From NCBI GenBank assembly GCA_963664325.2, contig CAXXDQ010000003.1, positions 896,001 to 960,000 of the forward strand: a stretch of 64,000 bases of DNA, read 5' to 3'. The translations under genes were made by a program, and so were the position numbers. The stretch comes from Desulfomonilia bacterium (GTDB lineage Bacteria; Desulfobacterota; Desulfomonilia; UBA1062). The notes under the pieces were generated by a model. The model had not been told where the DNA came from and searched no databases. It was given only the letters and a program-made list of their open reading frames with translations. Position 1 is the stretch's first letter, and the number at the start of each line of letters is the position of its first letter. Positions 27,883 through 37,929 of the stretch are shown here, one piece after another.

Positions 27883-30441
27883 CTAATCCCGCATGATTGT
27901 TTCAACAGCTTTCACCCGGATGCCGTCGCTCCATGACCCCATGTCGAATACAACCTCGTTCAGGCCGTCGAGCATGGCATCCGTGGCCGCGTAATAGGCG
28001 CGGAAATCCAGAGCATTTTCTTCCGAAAGCAGACACTCGCCGCTTCCCGGCACAACGGAGCAGCCGATCAGAATAGGGGCGCAGTGATCGGCCGTCAGCC
28101 CGGGTTTGCCATGATAGTCGCTGTGAACCATATAAAGGATTTTTGAGGGGGCGTTTGTCAGGGACTCGTAGGTAGCCGTGGTATCGCTTTCAGGTGCGAT
28201 GGTGTCGGCATCCGCGCTGAACAGGATCACAGGGCATTTCACCGCAGGCCCCTTGGCCTCGAAATTCAGCATGGTCATCTTATCCCGCACGAACGCCGGG
28301 ACATTCTGGTTGGTAACCGATGGGTTCTGCAGGATCATGCCCCTTGGCCTGATTCCGCCGGCAGCTTCCCAGCACAGAGACAGCAGACCTCCAAGAGAAT
28401 GGCCGACGATGAGTATGTCATTGAGATCAGCCTTGCCGCCAACTTCAGAAAGCGCAAGGTTTGTCAGGCTGATGGCACGCTCAAGCATCAGGTTCTGGTC
28501 AAGGTCGTTGAGGAAATCCAGGCCGGTGAGGCCGAACTGGGGGAAGACCACTATGCATCCCTGGCGGACATAGTGCCTGATCTGGCCCATGCTTATAGAG
28601 GGATCGGTCTGCGAGAAGCCATGAAGGACGATGATGACAGGGGCCTTGCCGCCCTTTTTCAGGAGTTCCGGCACATAGTACCACACGGCAGTTCCATCCG
28701 ACCGGGGAAGCTTTACGGTTGAAAAGTCTTCACAGATATAGCGCGCGGCTGATCCAAAGCCTGATGCAGGCTGGCCGGGCGGGGTGGGCTCAGGAAGGCT
28801 GTTGAGCTCGGAGTCGAGGATTATCTTCTTGAAGCCATCCGGTTTTTTTGACCACGCAGGCCATGAATAGCCGCCAGGGTAATTGGGGTTCCCGTTTCTT
28901 GCGAACTGCGCCCAGTAGTTTGACATCGCTTCCGAGAGCTCCATGCGCCCGGCAAGGTTCGCGCTGCTCCAGGCGAAGCGGAAAAGGTCCTCGGCCGTGC
29001 GGCCGAAATTGCTGAAAGCAAACGGGATCTCTATGGCATGCCCGGCCCCGATGAGTGTGTCAAGCGGCGCCGGCTCCTCGTCCCAGGCGAATTCGTAGAC
29101 GTAGAGGTCTTCCTGCTGGGCGGCCAGCTTGCGTGCAAGGCTTTCGGTGCTCAACTTTTGCGCAAGGGCATCCGAGAAATCCGCCATCGGATCATAGAGC
29201 AGAAGCCAGAGAGGGTCGAGTATATCAGAAAGCTCAAGATTGGGGCTGTCCGGGTCGAAGGTCATGATCAGATCGTGAAAGGCCACCTCGACGGGGATAT
29301 CCCCGTTCTTGAGCTTGGAGACCACGAGCGGCAGGAATATCTTGGCCTCGTCCTTGTTACTGCCTAATATCATCGGCACATGGTTGAAATTCCCCTTATT
29401 TATGCGGTCAGCAATATTATCTCGTATGACAGTCCCGTCCTCGAAAATGCTTGACCACCCGCTGCCAAGCATCCCTGCAATGCCTGGCGTGAGGCAGGCA
29501 TAGATGTCCTGCCACGGCTTGCCGCGCAGGTATGTCGCGGGATCGTTCCTGCGAGGGTCGTCAGCTGGAACATTGTCAAGTTCAAAGAGCTTGTCAAGGA
29601 CCGTGGAGGAGACCTTGTCGCCGTCTGCCAGTGCCGTCGATCCCGGGCCGCCGCTCTGCGCGATTGCCTTCTGGAAGAGCTCTTCAGCAAGGGGGCTGAC
29701 AAGCAGGGAAAAAACGTTCTGGGCTCCGCCCGACTGCCCGTCAATGGTCACATTGCCCGGGTCACCGCCAAAAGATGCAATATTGTTGTGAATCCATGAA
29801 AGTGCCTTGATTATGTCGAGGGTACCGTAGTTGCCTGATGCGTCGAACTGGTCTCCAACGCGAAGTGATGGATGGGTGAACCAGCCCATTGCACCAACAC
29901 GGTAGTTTATGCTCACGAAAACAATGTTCTTACGTACGGCGAAATTGGCTCCGTAGTACATGGTCATATTGGCCTGGCCTGAGAAGTTCCCGCCACCGTG
30001 AATCCAGAATAGCACGGGAAGATTCCCGTCATCGGACTTGGGCCTCCAGATATTCAGATAGAGGCAGTCCTCGCTGCCGACCGCCTTCCCGAAGGTGTTC
30101 GGATCCATGAATCCCATGAGGCCGCCGTACTGGGGACAGGCACTGCAAAAACCCTGAGCCGGGCGCACGCCTGTCCAGGAAATCGGGTCCTGGGGGGCTC
30201 TCCAACGAAGATTGCCCACCGGGGGTTGTGCGTAAGGGATACCCAGCCAGGCGTATGCCTGTCCGTCTTCGCGGCCCTGTACGAAACCGAATCTCGTTTC
30301 GCGCACGAGGGGATCGGAAACTACCGCTTCGTTCTCAGTTTCGGAACCTTCGGATGGTGCACTGCCCGATGATGATCCGCAACCGTAAAGGCTTATGGCC
30401 AAGAAAGTAATGACGATAAATATCCGGATGGCATGTCCCAT
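27883..30441 (-). CDS. Lipoprotein fusion: type-B carboxylesterase + second alpha/beta hydrolase
   Basis: Lipobox LYGC; GIPYAQPP, SEDCLYLN, HGGG, GQSGG, GAGH; after a Pro-rich linker LHGF, GHSLGG, D and H; start uncertain (30441/30453). Confidence 0.85.
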   Translation of the reverse strand: MGHAIRIFIVITFLAISLYGCGSSSGSAPSEGSETENEAVVSDPLVRETRFGFVQGREDGQAYAWLGIPYAQPPVGNLRWRAPQDPISWTGVRPAQGFCSACPQYGGLMGFMDPNTFGKAVGSEDCLYLNIWRPKSDDGNLPVLFWIHGGGNFSGQANMTMYYGANFAVRKNIVFVSINYRVGAMGWFTHPSLRVGDQFDASGNYGTLDIIKALSWIHNNIASFGGDPGNVTIDGQSGGAQNVFSLLVSPLAEELFQKAIAQSGGPGSTALADGDKVSSTVLDKLFELDNVPADDPRRNDPATYLRGKPWQDIYACLTPGIAGMLGSGWSSIFEDGTVIRDNIADRINKGNFNHVPMILGSNKDEAKIFLPLVVSKLKNGDIPVEVAFHDLIMTFDPDSPNLELSDILDPLWLLLYDPMADFSDALAQKLSTESLARKLAAQQEDLYVYEFAWDEEPAPLDTLIGAGHAIEIPFAFSNFGRTAEDLFRFAWSSANLAGRMELSEAMSNYWAQFARNGNPNYPGGYSWPAWSKKPDGFKKIILDSELNSLPEPTPPGQPASGFGSAARYICEDFSTVKLPRSDGTAVWYYVPELLKKGGKAPVIIVLHGFSQTDPSISMGQIRHYVRQGCIVVFPQFGLTGLDFLNDLDQNLMLERAISLTNLALSEVGGKADLNDILIVGHSLGGLLSLCWEAAGGIRPRGMILQNPSVTNQNVPAFVRDKMTMLNFEAKGPAVKCPVILFSADADTIAPESDTTATYESLTNAPSKILYMVHSDYHGKPGLTADHCAPILIGCSVVPGSGECLLSEENALDFRAYYAATDAMLDGLNEVVFDMGSWSDGIRVKAVETIMRD

Positions 30442-30599
30442 AACAGACCTCATATTCATATGATTTAAAAAATTATTATATATGTCCACAATAAGCATTG
30501 GTGATGCCAAGTCAACATAAAATCTGACTTTGTAGCGTTGGTGGAATTATTTTTTTAAAAAGAAACCGAGACGGTCAAGTTCATATATGAAGAAGGTAT

Positions 30600-30910
30600 C
30601 GCCACATCTGAAATGTTATTGGGGCTGGTGCACCTTGTTTTGCTCCTCAAGCCTGAGGCGAAGAGAAAATGCTGATTGATCCCATGTTCATCGAACTGCT
30701 CGCGAAGGACATTGGAATAAGCGGTCATTGCAGCCGCCTCGAGTCCTGTGACTGCAATTAGCTTATGATCCTGGTTTTCCTTGTCAGCGCAGTTCTTAGG
30801 GTCCATTGTAACCACGGCCGCCGGTTTGAATTTTCTTATAAGCCTTACCATGTCCTGAAGAAAGGGCAGCCTGCCGCGTCCCGGGACAAGCCCGATGTTA
30901 TTGTATTGCC
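30600..30910 (-). pseudogene. Truncated PIG-L deacetylase remnant (C-terminal half)
   Basis: VRLIRKFKPAAVVTMDP...QDH resembles the neighbouring PIG-L C-half; no HPDD half and no proper start. Confidence 0.6.
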
Positions 30911-30948
30911 ATCTTATTAATGTACTGCCTCTATAAGCATTCTTTCGT

Positions 30949-31644
30949 TCACGGCTTTCCCCTGGGGCAGACAGAGACGCAAATGCCGCAGAGGCTTATG
31001 CGTTCGTTTAAATTGACAAGAGAAAGTTCCCGGCATTTTTCCCTGCATTTGAAGGCGTTGTAAAAAGCGTCCCTGTCGGTTTTTATATTCCACAGATCCC
31101 CTGTCGCGGCCTGGGCAGGACAGTTGATCACGCATACCTCGCAATCTCCGCACAGGCTCTCTTCAATAGGCGTTCCAGGTTTTAAAATATTTGTTTTGAG
31201 CAGGATGCTTGCAAGCCTTACCCTGGGACCGAATTCCTTCGTAACGAGAAGGTCTGTTTTGCCTATCCATCCGAGACCGGCCCTGGTTGCCGCCATCTTG
31301 TGGGAGAACGGCATTCTCAGGGTTTTATGGTAATCATCGGCGAGCATATCGTCCGTGACGGTAGGAATGATAGGGATGTTTTCATAACCCCTTTCAGCAA
31401 GCATGGCCGATATGTTTTGAATAGATTCCGCCAGCTCCCGGTTGACCTCGTTGTAATGGTCGAAATAGGCCTTGTTCGGCCCGCTGCTGATGGAATCGAT
31501 GACAGGCATGTCAAGTCGTCTGGCTAAAGAAATTGCATAACCGTATCCAGTGTATTTTTCATGCAGCAGACCTCTCATGTCTGCAAAACCGGTAATGTAT
31601 TTCGATTTGTCAGGCAGTGCATCAGTAATGAGATTTTTTGTCAT
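30949..31644 (-). CDS. Epoxyqueuosine reductase (QueG)-like 2x[4Fe-4S] protein
   Basis: SHKMAATRAGLGWIGK, FGPRVRL, CxxCxxCxxxCP and CGICVSVCP. Confidence 0.82.
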   Translation of the reverse strand: MTKNLITDALPDKSKYITGFADMRGLLHEKYTGYGYAISLARRLDMPVIDSISSGPNKAYFDHYNEVNRELAESIQNISAMLAERGYENIPIIPTVTDDMLADDYHKTLRMPFSHKMAATRAGLGWIGKTDLLVTKEFGPRVRLASILLKTNILKPGTPIEESLCGDCEVCVINCPAQAATGDLWNIKTDRDAFYNAFKCREKCRELSLVNLNERISLCGICVSVCPRGKP

Positions 31645-32303
31645 AGGGAGGCCCTTTCTAAAAGTTCCAGTAATGAGATTTCAGCAAGAGAACCGAGTCT
31701 AAGGTCAGCCGCATTATCCGGTATCAGCGAGTGTGTCACGGGGTTGGGTACTGCGACGCAGAACAGCCCGGCGGCTTTGGCCGCCCTTATGCCGTTTGGC
31801 GAATCCTCGATGGCGATTGCCTCGCCCGGTGTGCAGCCAAGCCTTTCAACAGCGGCAAGGTAAGGTTCGGGGAAGGGCTTGTGGCGCATGGTGTCCTCCC
31901 TGCAGATGATCGTGTCAAACCTGTCAAGGAGCCTTCTCCGTCCCAGATGCTCATTAATCCAGGCATGGTTCGCGCTTGAGGCGATGCCGAGTTTCAGGCC
32001 CATGCTTTTTGCCGTCAGGATCAGATTTTCTATACCCGGCAGCAAAGGCAGGCCCTTATTCAATTCCGATTCCTTTCTCTGATATTGAAGAGCCATATCC
32101 GTCCGGTCAAGCGGCATGTCTGTGAGCTCGGCCAGGTCTTCATAGGGGTCAAAACCGCTGTCGGGAACACCTATGCATTCCGACCATTTCTCGATTGTCA
32201 GTTCATGGCCGTGCGTTTCGTAGATTTCACGCCAGATTCTGAAAGCCGTGCTTTCCGTATCCATGATGGTCCCGTCAAAATCGAAAATTATCGCTTTGAT
32301 CAT
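31641..32303 (-). CDS. HAD-IA family phosphatase
   Basis: FDFDGTIMDTE, ASS, KPFPEPY, IEDSPNG. Confidence 0.9.
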   Translation of the reverse strand: MIKAIIFDFDGTIMDTESTAFRIWREIYETHGHELTIEKWSECIGVPDSGFDPYEDLAELTDMPLDRTDMALQYQRKESELNKGLPLLPGIENLILTAKSMGLKLGIASSANHAWINEHLGRRRLLDRFDTIICREDTMRHKPFPEPYLAAVERLGCTPGEAIAIEDSPNGIRAAKAAGLFCVAVPNPVTHSLIPDNAADLRLGSLAEISLLELLERASL

Positions 32304-32358
32304 GATAATACGGATATGAACGATATGCCGGTCGGCAATGACCCCGGAGTGTTTTTAT

Positions 32359-33384
32359 TCAATGCGGCTGTCCTTCGTCTATATTGCCCACCTTCCTGGC
32401 CCTGAGCGGTTTGTCGAGGTTTATACCTTCCGAGATGCCGGCTTCCACCAGCAGGTTCCAGCCGCAGGCTATCTGCAGGAACTCGTCGTAGGGATCAAGC
32501 CCGGGGATGATTATGGTGGGGAAAGGGGTCTCTTTGTGGTCGATTGCGATTATCTTCATGCCGACGCCCTTGACCAGTACATCGCTGAACTTCTTTATCT
32601 CATCTGTGAAGGGTTCGATAAGAACAAGGACCTCACGCGGGTTCATAACCTCTTCTATGCCGTGGACCGCATAGGTGCCTTCAAGAAAATCAGCCTTTTT
32701 GCGGGTGATTTCGTTGGTCTTGAGCGTAAGCTCTTCCGCGACTCCGTTGTTACGGCCCGCAAAATAAATCTGCGGGGCTTCGGCCAGGGTCTTGATGATC
32801 TCCGGGTTTATCTTCATTGTGAGCACCTGTTCAAAGGCATCGGCAAGTGACGGCAGGGACTTTCTCATGCCGGTAGGCGAGAGGTTCTCAACAATCGAAA
32901 GCATGAACAGCGCCTGCTCGATAATCGATTTTGTCGCGGCAACGGCATTTTCCTCGCCGCATGTAAGCAGGAAGCCCTTTTTTGAAAGCTCGAGAATAGG
33001 AGTTTTTTCGTGGGCCGTTATACCGTATATGGCGTCGGATCCTTCCGCGTTAAGCTTCCTTAGAAGTGAAACCACCTCTTTTGTCTTGCCAGAGTTGCTT
33101 GCAGCCACGATCACATGGTCTTTGAGGTTGTATTCCATTGACTGCCTGCCGCCGTCCGTGATCATGTTGAAGGCAAGACCGCGCCGGTTGGCCTGGTAGA
33201 TGGCATTTTTTGCAGGGAAGATGCGGGATGAACCCTCACCGGTGAGCAGAAGCCTGTGCTTGTGAATTACCGAATATGAAACGGGCCTTGATATCTTGAC
33301 ATCGAAGTTCCTTATGATGGATGGAGCTTCCATCATCTCTTTGACGAGTGAAAACCTGGTGAATCCGGGGTCTTTAAGGTTCAT
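32359..33384 (-). CDS. Tandem-SIS sugar-phosphate isomerase/deaminase (GlmS isomerase domain/GlmD-like)
   Basis: TGEGSS, SNSGKTKE, E-AVAATKS, ELTLKTNE, HG, C-tail RARKVG; no glutaminase domain. Confidence 0.82.
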   Translation of the reverse strand: MNLKDPGFTRFSLVKEMMEAPSIIRNFDVKISRPVSYSVIHKHRLLLTGEGSSRIFPAKNAIYQANRRGLAFNMITDGGRQSMEYNLKDHVIVAASNSGKTKEVVSLLRKLNAEGSDAIYGITAHEKTPILELSKKGFLLTCGEENAVAATKSIIEQALFMLSIVENLSPTGMRKSLPSLADAFEQVLTMKINPEIIKTLAEAPQIYFAGRNNGVAEELTLKTNEITRKKADFLEGTYAVHGIEEVMNPREVLVLIEPFTDEIKKFSDVLVKGVGMKIIAIDHKETPFPTIIIPGLDPYDEFLQIACGWNLLVEAGISEGINLDKPLRARKVGNIDEGQPH

Positions 33385-33513
33385 GCTTATAATTATCCTT
33401 TTAAAATAATTTTAAAATCAGTCAAAGTTGTAATTTCATTGCCGTCCTCTTGTCATTGCCCCATGATATACGTAGCGTTCGAGTTTTTTATGGGGGCCGG
33501 AAGAGGTTGTATT

Positions 33514-34455
33514 CTATACATCCTTTCCATGATCAAGGTGATATACTGGTTTTGAGAGTTCTGCAAAGGCCCTGTCCATCATGCCTATAAACTTTACCGG
33601 TTCCCCGAGGAAGTCGTCGAACATATAGTTGAAAAAGTCGATGCGATAAGGCGGTTTTGAATAGTCGCGGGTTTCGCATACCGGTGCGAAATATTCCCGT
33701 CCGCAATAGCTTTCAAACGTGAACTTTTTGCCGAACAGGGCACCGACCTTGCCAAGGTTGTCGATTACCCTCCTGAATTTTGCTATGAGTTTCACCTGTG
33801 AGGGGTAATGGTTTGCTGCGGCGAGTTTTTTAAGCAGTTCGTCTTCTGTCATGTCTATATAATATTTTGTGCCCTTGTACCATGGATTGAAGCGGAACGA
33901 GATCAGCACGGTCAGCTCATAGGCAGGAATTTCCACCAGCTGTATTTTTTTGCCGGTTTCTTTTTCATAGCTGTCGATGCATGCCGATGTCAGTACATGC
34001 ACAAGGTCATGTTCGGGCATGCCGCCTTGAAAGGCATAAGTCCAGATGATGTCGGGGTCGGTTTTTCTTATCTTCTCATAAATCGAAAAACCCTGCTTCC
34101 TCCAGAAGGCTAACGCCTCGTCAAATTTCTGCGGACTCTTGATTGATTCAACGAAATGGCGGTAGTTGTCGACCTCTGAATAAAGCCCGTTGGTCACATT
34201 TTCGTCTTTGAACCCAAGCTCCCGGTAAACATTGATGCCTTCGGCGACGCGGAGCCTTCCATATTCTTCAGGCGTGACGTTGTCCTCGAAATAAAGCCCG
34301 TCCGAGTTGGTGACCCACATCAGGGAAACGTTCGGCATCAGGCGCTGTATAATGCCTGCGCTCACTATTTCATCGTCGTGGTGCGCATAGACAAAGAGGT
34401 GTTTTTTCGAATTGTCAAGAAGCGATTCTTTGGAGGGTGTCTTTTTAAATTCCAT
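33514..34455 (-). CDS. PIG-L/LmbE family deacetylase
   Basis: AHHDDE, PEHD, YPSQ; RBS AAGGAG before MEFKK. Confidence 0.8.
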   Translation of the reverse strand: MEFKKTPSKESLLDNSKKHLFVYAHHDDEIVSAGIIQRLMPNVSLMWVTNSDGLYFEDNVTPEEYGRLRVAEGINVYRELGFKDENVTNGLYSEVDNYRHFVESIKSPQKFDEALAFWRKQGFSIYEKIRKTDPDIIWTYAFQGGMPEHDLVHVLTSACIDSYEKETGKKIQLVEIPAYELTVLISFRFNPWYKGTKYYIDMTEDELLKKLAAANHYPSQVKLIAKFRRVIDNLGKVGALFGKKFTFESYCGREYFAPVCETRDYSKPPYRIDFFNYMFDDFLGEPVKFIGMMDRAFAELSKPVYHLDHGKDV

Positions 34456-34465
34456 GGATGTCTCC

Positions 34466-35887
34466 TTACCCGGAAAAATTTTCAGATATGAATGATAGGA
34501 CATTCTGCCTGGCATTTTTTTCCGTGTCCAGCCTGAATGTCCCGGGCAGTTTATAAATATATGGCACCACATCGACCTCGTAGCCGCCTAGCGGTATTTC
34601 TTCTGCTGTCGGCAGGTAGCCTGTCATGCCGTCAGTATATCCTGCAAAAAGGGTGATCGGTGCAGGTGAGGCCTTTTTTGTTTCAATGCCTGTTTCGACA
34701 AAAGTCTCCATAGCCATCGAGGCTATCGCAATTTCCCCGATGCGAAGCAACCCGGTCCGTATGGGGGTGGAATAACCGTTTTTGTCCCTGTCCAGTATTG
34801 TCTTCCAGGGGTATCGGACATCAAGGAACGGGTCTATCATAAAATCAGGAATCACCATCCCTTCCATCAGCATGGATGCGCCCTTTTTAAGCATGGCCCT
34901 GTAAATTTTCCTGACGCTCAGGCTTTCCATGCCTTCAGGGATATCCACACAGGCATTCACTTCGCCTGTTGATGCAGATAACGGCGTGGCGGTTATCCTC
35001 TCCATTTTTCCACACGCCCTGATAACGGCTTCCGCTACATGGCTGCCAAGCCTTTCTACATCGGGCCTGTTGTCGTCAGACCATTCGACATCGGGATTGA
35101 TGTTTGCACAGGCTCCCTGAATGAACATGCACAGGCCGCCGAGTTTTCTTTCAACTTCAGCCCGCATGGCACCCGGCCAGTCGGCGGAAATCACGTAGCT
35201 GTCCTCTCCGAGCACGCAGGCATGGCAGGCATAATTGACGATTGTAACAAATGGCTTCCTGCCATTTGAAATCCGGATTACATTAACTTCTTTATCAACC
35301 GTACCATCCTTGCGGTGGCCTATGGTTATTGTGCCGTCGAAAAGCTGCTCCCTCCTGTTGATGCCGATAGCGCATTCCGACCTGGCGTGGCTAATTTCAG
35401 CTTTGATGGGATTGGCGGCAGCCCGCGCAGCCGATGCCGTCACGCTTTTAACCAGCCAGTCGCAGTAAAGGGCGTTTGTCATTATGCCTTTTGTCGCCAG
35501 GGGCTCCTCGATTGAGAGCATGAGCCTGTGGACGTAATATTCTGCGCGGTCCTTGACAGAGGGTTTGTAAGGCGGCCAGGCTACGGGTCCGGAATGTGTA
35601 TGCGAGCAGAAAAGCCTTATGTTCCGGGCGGGGATGCCGAGTCTTGAGGTTATGCCCGCCTTGATGGCATCGACGGTTTCCCAGTTGAGCGCCAGTAGAT
35701 CGAGCGAGATCAGAACCAGTTTCTCGTTTCCGTCATCGAGTATGAGAGTTGTAGCCGTGAGATCTGTGTGAACATCCTTCGCACCGCCTGATCTTGCGGC
35801 ATACCCTATAAGATAAATCCCTTGAGGCGGAGTTATAACCGTTCTGTCCGCCCCTGCCTTCAGTTGTCTCTTTGTTCTATTTTTCAT
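34466..35887 (-). CDS. Neutral/alkaline ceramidase-family amidohydrolase
   Basis: ITPP--L-GY, SHTHSGP, NYACH, SADWPG, QGACANINP, GYLPT---GGYE. Confidence 0.85.
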   Translation of the reverse strand: MKNRTKRQLKAGADRTVITPPQGIYLIGYAARSGGAKDVHTDLTATTLILDDGNEKLVLISLDLLALNWETVDAIKAGITSRLGIPARNIRLFCSHTHSGPVAWPPYKPSVKDRAEYYVHRLMLSIEEPLATKGIMTNALYCDWLVKSVTASAARAAANPIKAEISHARSECAIGINRREQLFDGTITIGHRKDGTVDKEVNVIRISNGRKPFVTIVNYACHACVLGEDSYVISADWPGAMRAEVERKLGGLCMFIQGACANINPDVEWSDDNRPDVERLGSHVAEAVIRACGKMERITATPLSASTGEVNACVDIPEGMESLSVRKIYRAMLKKGASMLMEGMVIPDFMIDPFLDVRYPWKTILDRDKNGYSTPIRTGLLRIGEIAIASMAMETFVETGIETKKASPAPITLFAGYTDGMTGYLPTAEEIPLGGYEVDVVPYIYKLPGTFRLDTEKNARQNVLSFISENFSG

Positions 35888-35898
35888 TTATTCCCGAA

Positions 35899-37803
35899 CT
35901 ATAAGTTCCCTTTCTTTCCCAGCGGATATACCAGCATGGCAACAAAAGCTATACCGAATGATATGGCCGTGGCCACGATGAAATAGAGGTAATATGAGGG
36001 ATTCAGCCCCTGTGTGACGATTTTGAACACAAGGAATCCTCCCAGAGTGGTTGCAATAATCTCTCCCATTTTGTCGCCGACGTCTTCAGCCGCGAAATAC
36101 ATGGCCTCCCTGCGGTAGCCGTACAGTTTTTCGTCCAGGTCGATGATCTCGCCGAGCAGGGGCCTGTGAGCAGTCAGAAGTATTGAGGTGGGAAGTCCCA
36201 TCAGACCGAAAATTATGAACGCCCAGAGAATGGGGTTGGGGAAGTAAACCATCATGGGTGCTATCTTTTCCCTGAGAAAGACAATCTTGTCCGGAGTCAG
36301 GCTGGTGAACCATGCCGGATTTGCGGCCTCGGAAAGAAGGGCCTTGTCTTCTGAATCAAATCTGTCAGCGGACTTTTCATTGAGCAGCACAACGTCTCTT
36401 TCAATCTCATACTTCGCATGCCGGACAAAGAGAGGTATGAGACCTACAAGCTCCTTGTACCGGGCCGGGTCATTTTTAGCAGTCTCATTCCAATCCTTTG
36501 CCTCAAGCACTTCCAGGTTTGCGATCTGCTCCTTTGACAGTCTGAAGTCTCTGAAGCTTTCGACCTTTACACTTCCCGCCTTTTCTATTGCTTTTTCCTC
36601 TTCTTCCATCGGCGCATGCCTCAGGCGCAACCATGTGACTGAATCAAAGAGGCGCTCTTTCAATTCCGGTTTGTTGAAGGCAAGGAAATCACCTTTGGCT
36701 GAAATGGCCTCAATAAGCTCATAGTTTGCGATCTTGTCCTTAAATGCATTTACCTTGCCTTCCATGGGGAATGCCGGAAGACTTTTGGTGAAAAAGAGCA
36801 GGGGGAGAATAAGACCTGCAGCAACGAGGGTGATTATATAGGTCATCCTGAGGCCGAATTTTTTCAGGAACATCGGGGTGAACGGAAAGCACAGGATTGA
36901 GACGACATATACCAGACCGAGCATTATGCTCTGCTCCGTTTCGCCGACTTCGAAATAGGAGCGCCCGAGATAGGGTACGCCTATGAGGACGCAGGATATT
37001 GCGACACGCGTGGCCATGATCAGGAATGAATAGTTGATGAAGGGTATGTTCCTGAAGCACTTGATTATGGCGTCTACTATTCCGAAGGGAACCTTGTCCT
37101 CTTCCGCAACAGGCGTGTCTTCAATTCCCCACATGGAGATGAAGAATGATGCGCCGCCTAGAATTGCGTACAGTAGTGCTGAAACCTGAAACCCGTTAAG
37201 AGATGTGATGCCTATATCGAGCCCTGTCTTGTCGAACGCCTCGATTATCGGGCCTGTGCTGAATGTCGAGAATATCGTTGCAAATATCTCGAAACCCGCC
37301 ATCCATGCAGATGCCTTCATCCTTGATTCCTCCGAACGGTAGAGCTGGGGATGGAGTGCGAGGTACGGGGCGACGACAACGGTGAAGAATATCCAGAGGC
37401 CGGACATCCCTATCCCGAGCCAGAGGGTGTTCAGCATGCTCGCATCCGGTGTCAGCGGAAACCAGATTACTATGGCGAACAGGATAAGCGGGACTGTGCC
37501 GTATACAACGAAAGGCTTTCTTCTTCCCATCGGATGAGTGCTTCTGTCGCTCAGGTATGCCACTACCGGGTCCGCCAGCAGGTCAATGATGCGGCCGATG
37601 TTTCTTATCAGGATAAAAAGCCCCATGTGGACCAGCACAGGGTATCCAAGCGCCTGGCGCTCGAGCGGCGGGTAATAGTAGTACATGATCCATGTCGTGA
37701 ATGTGGCCACGATCATGTTGACGCCGAAATTGCCGAATGCATACTGGATCGTGCGAAGCATACCTGGTTCAGGCTGCTTTAATGATGGAATCGTATGTTC
37801 CAT
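35899..37803 (-). CDS. GPH/MelB-family MFS transporter with a large inserted hydrophilic loop
   Basis: DLLADP--AYLSDR, GRRKPF, PYLAL, DLDE---G-RREAMYF; ~180-aa non-TM insert. Confidence 0.85.
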   Translation of the reverse strand: MEHTIPSLKQPEPGMLRTIQYAFGNFGVNMIVATFTTWIMYYYYPPLERQALGYPVLVHMGLFILIRNIGRIIDLLADPVVAYLSDRSTHPMGRRKPFVVYGTVPLILFAIVIWFPLTPDASMLNTLWLGIGMSGLWIFFTVVVAPYLALHPQLYRSEESRMKASAWMAGFEIFATIFSTFSTGPIIEAFDKTGLDIGITSLNGFQVSALLYAILGGASFFISMWGIEDTPVAEEDKVPFGIVDAIIKCFRNIPFINYSFLIMATRVAISCVLIGVPYLGRSYFEVGETEQSIMLGLVYVVSILCFPFTPMFLKKFGLRMTYIITLVAAGLILPLLFFTKSLPAFPMEGKVNAFKDKIANYELIEAISAKGDFLAFNKPELKERLFDSVTWLRLRHAPMEEEEKAIEKAGSVKVESFRDFRLSKEQIANLEVLEAKDWNETAKNDPARYKELVGLIPLFVRHAKYEIERDVVLLNEKSADRFDSEDKALLSEAANPAWFTSLTPDKIVFLREKIAPMMVYFPNPILWAFIIFGLMGLPTSILLTAHRPLLGEIIDLDEKLYGYRREAMYFAAEDVGDKMGEIIATTLGGFLVFKIVTQGLNPSYYLYFIVATAISFGIAFVAMLVYPLGKKGNL

Positions 37804-37822
37804 TTACAACCCCCTGACATAT

Positions 37823-37922
37823 CAGTAATCAGGAGTCAGGAGACAGTAGTCAGTATAAAAAACCAATCAGAATCAACCGATTATTATATGGTTTTATTCT
37901 GGCTCCTGGCTCCTGACTCCTG
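37823..37922. repeat. Intergenic inverted repeat with arms of tandem 7-mers (related to 12183-12325)
   Basis: CAGTAAT-CAGGAGT-CAGGAGA-CAGTAGT-CAGTA versus ATTCTG-GCTCCTG-GCTCCTG-ACTCCTG. Confidence 0.85.
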
Positions 37923-37929
37923 TCAACAT

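Noticed and set aside
12183-37922. Short-repeat arrays as CRISPR
   Set aside because: Units are 7-8 nt, contiguous and inverted, with no spacers or cas genes
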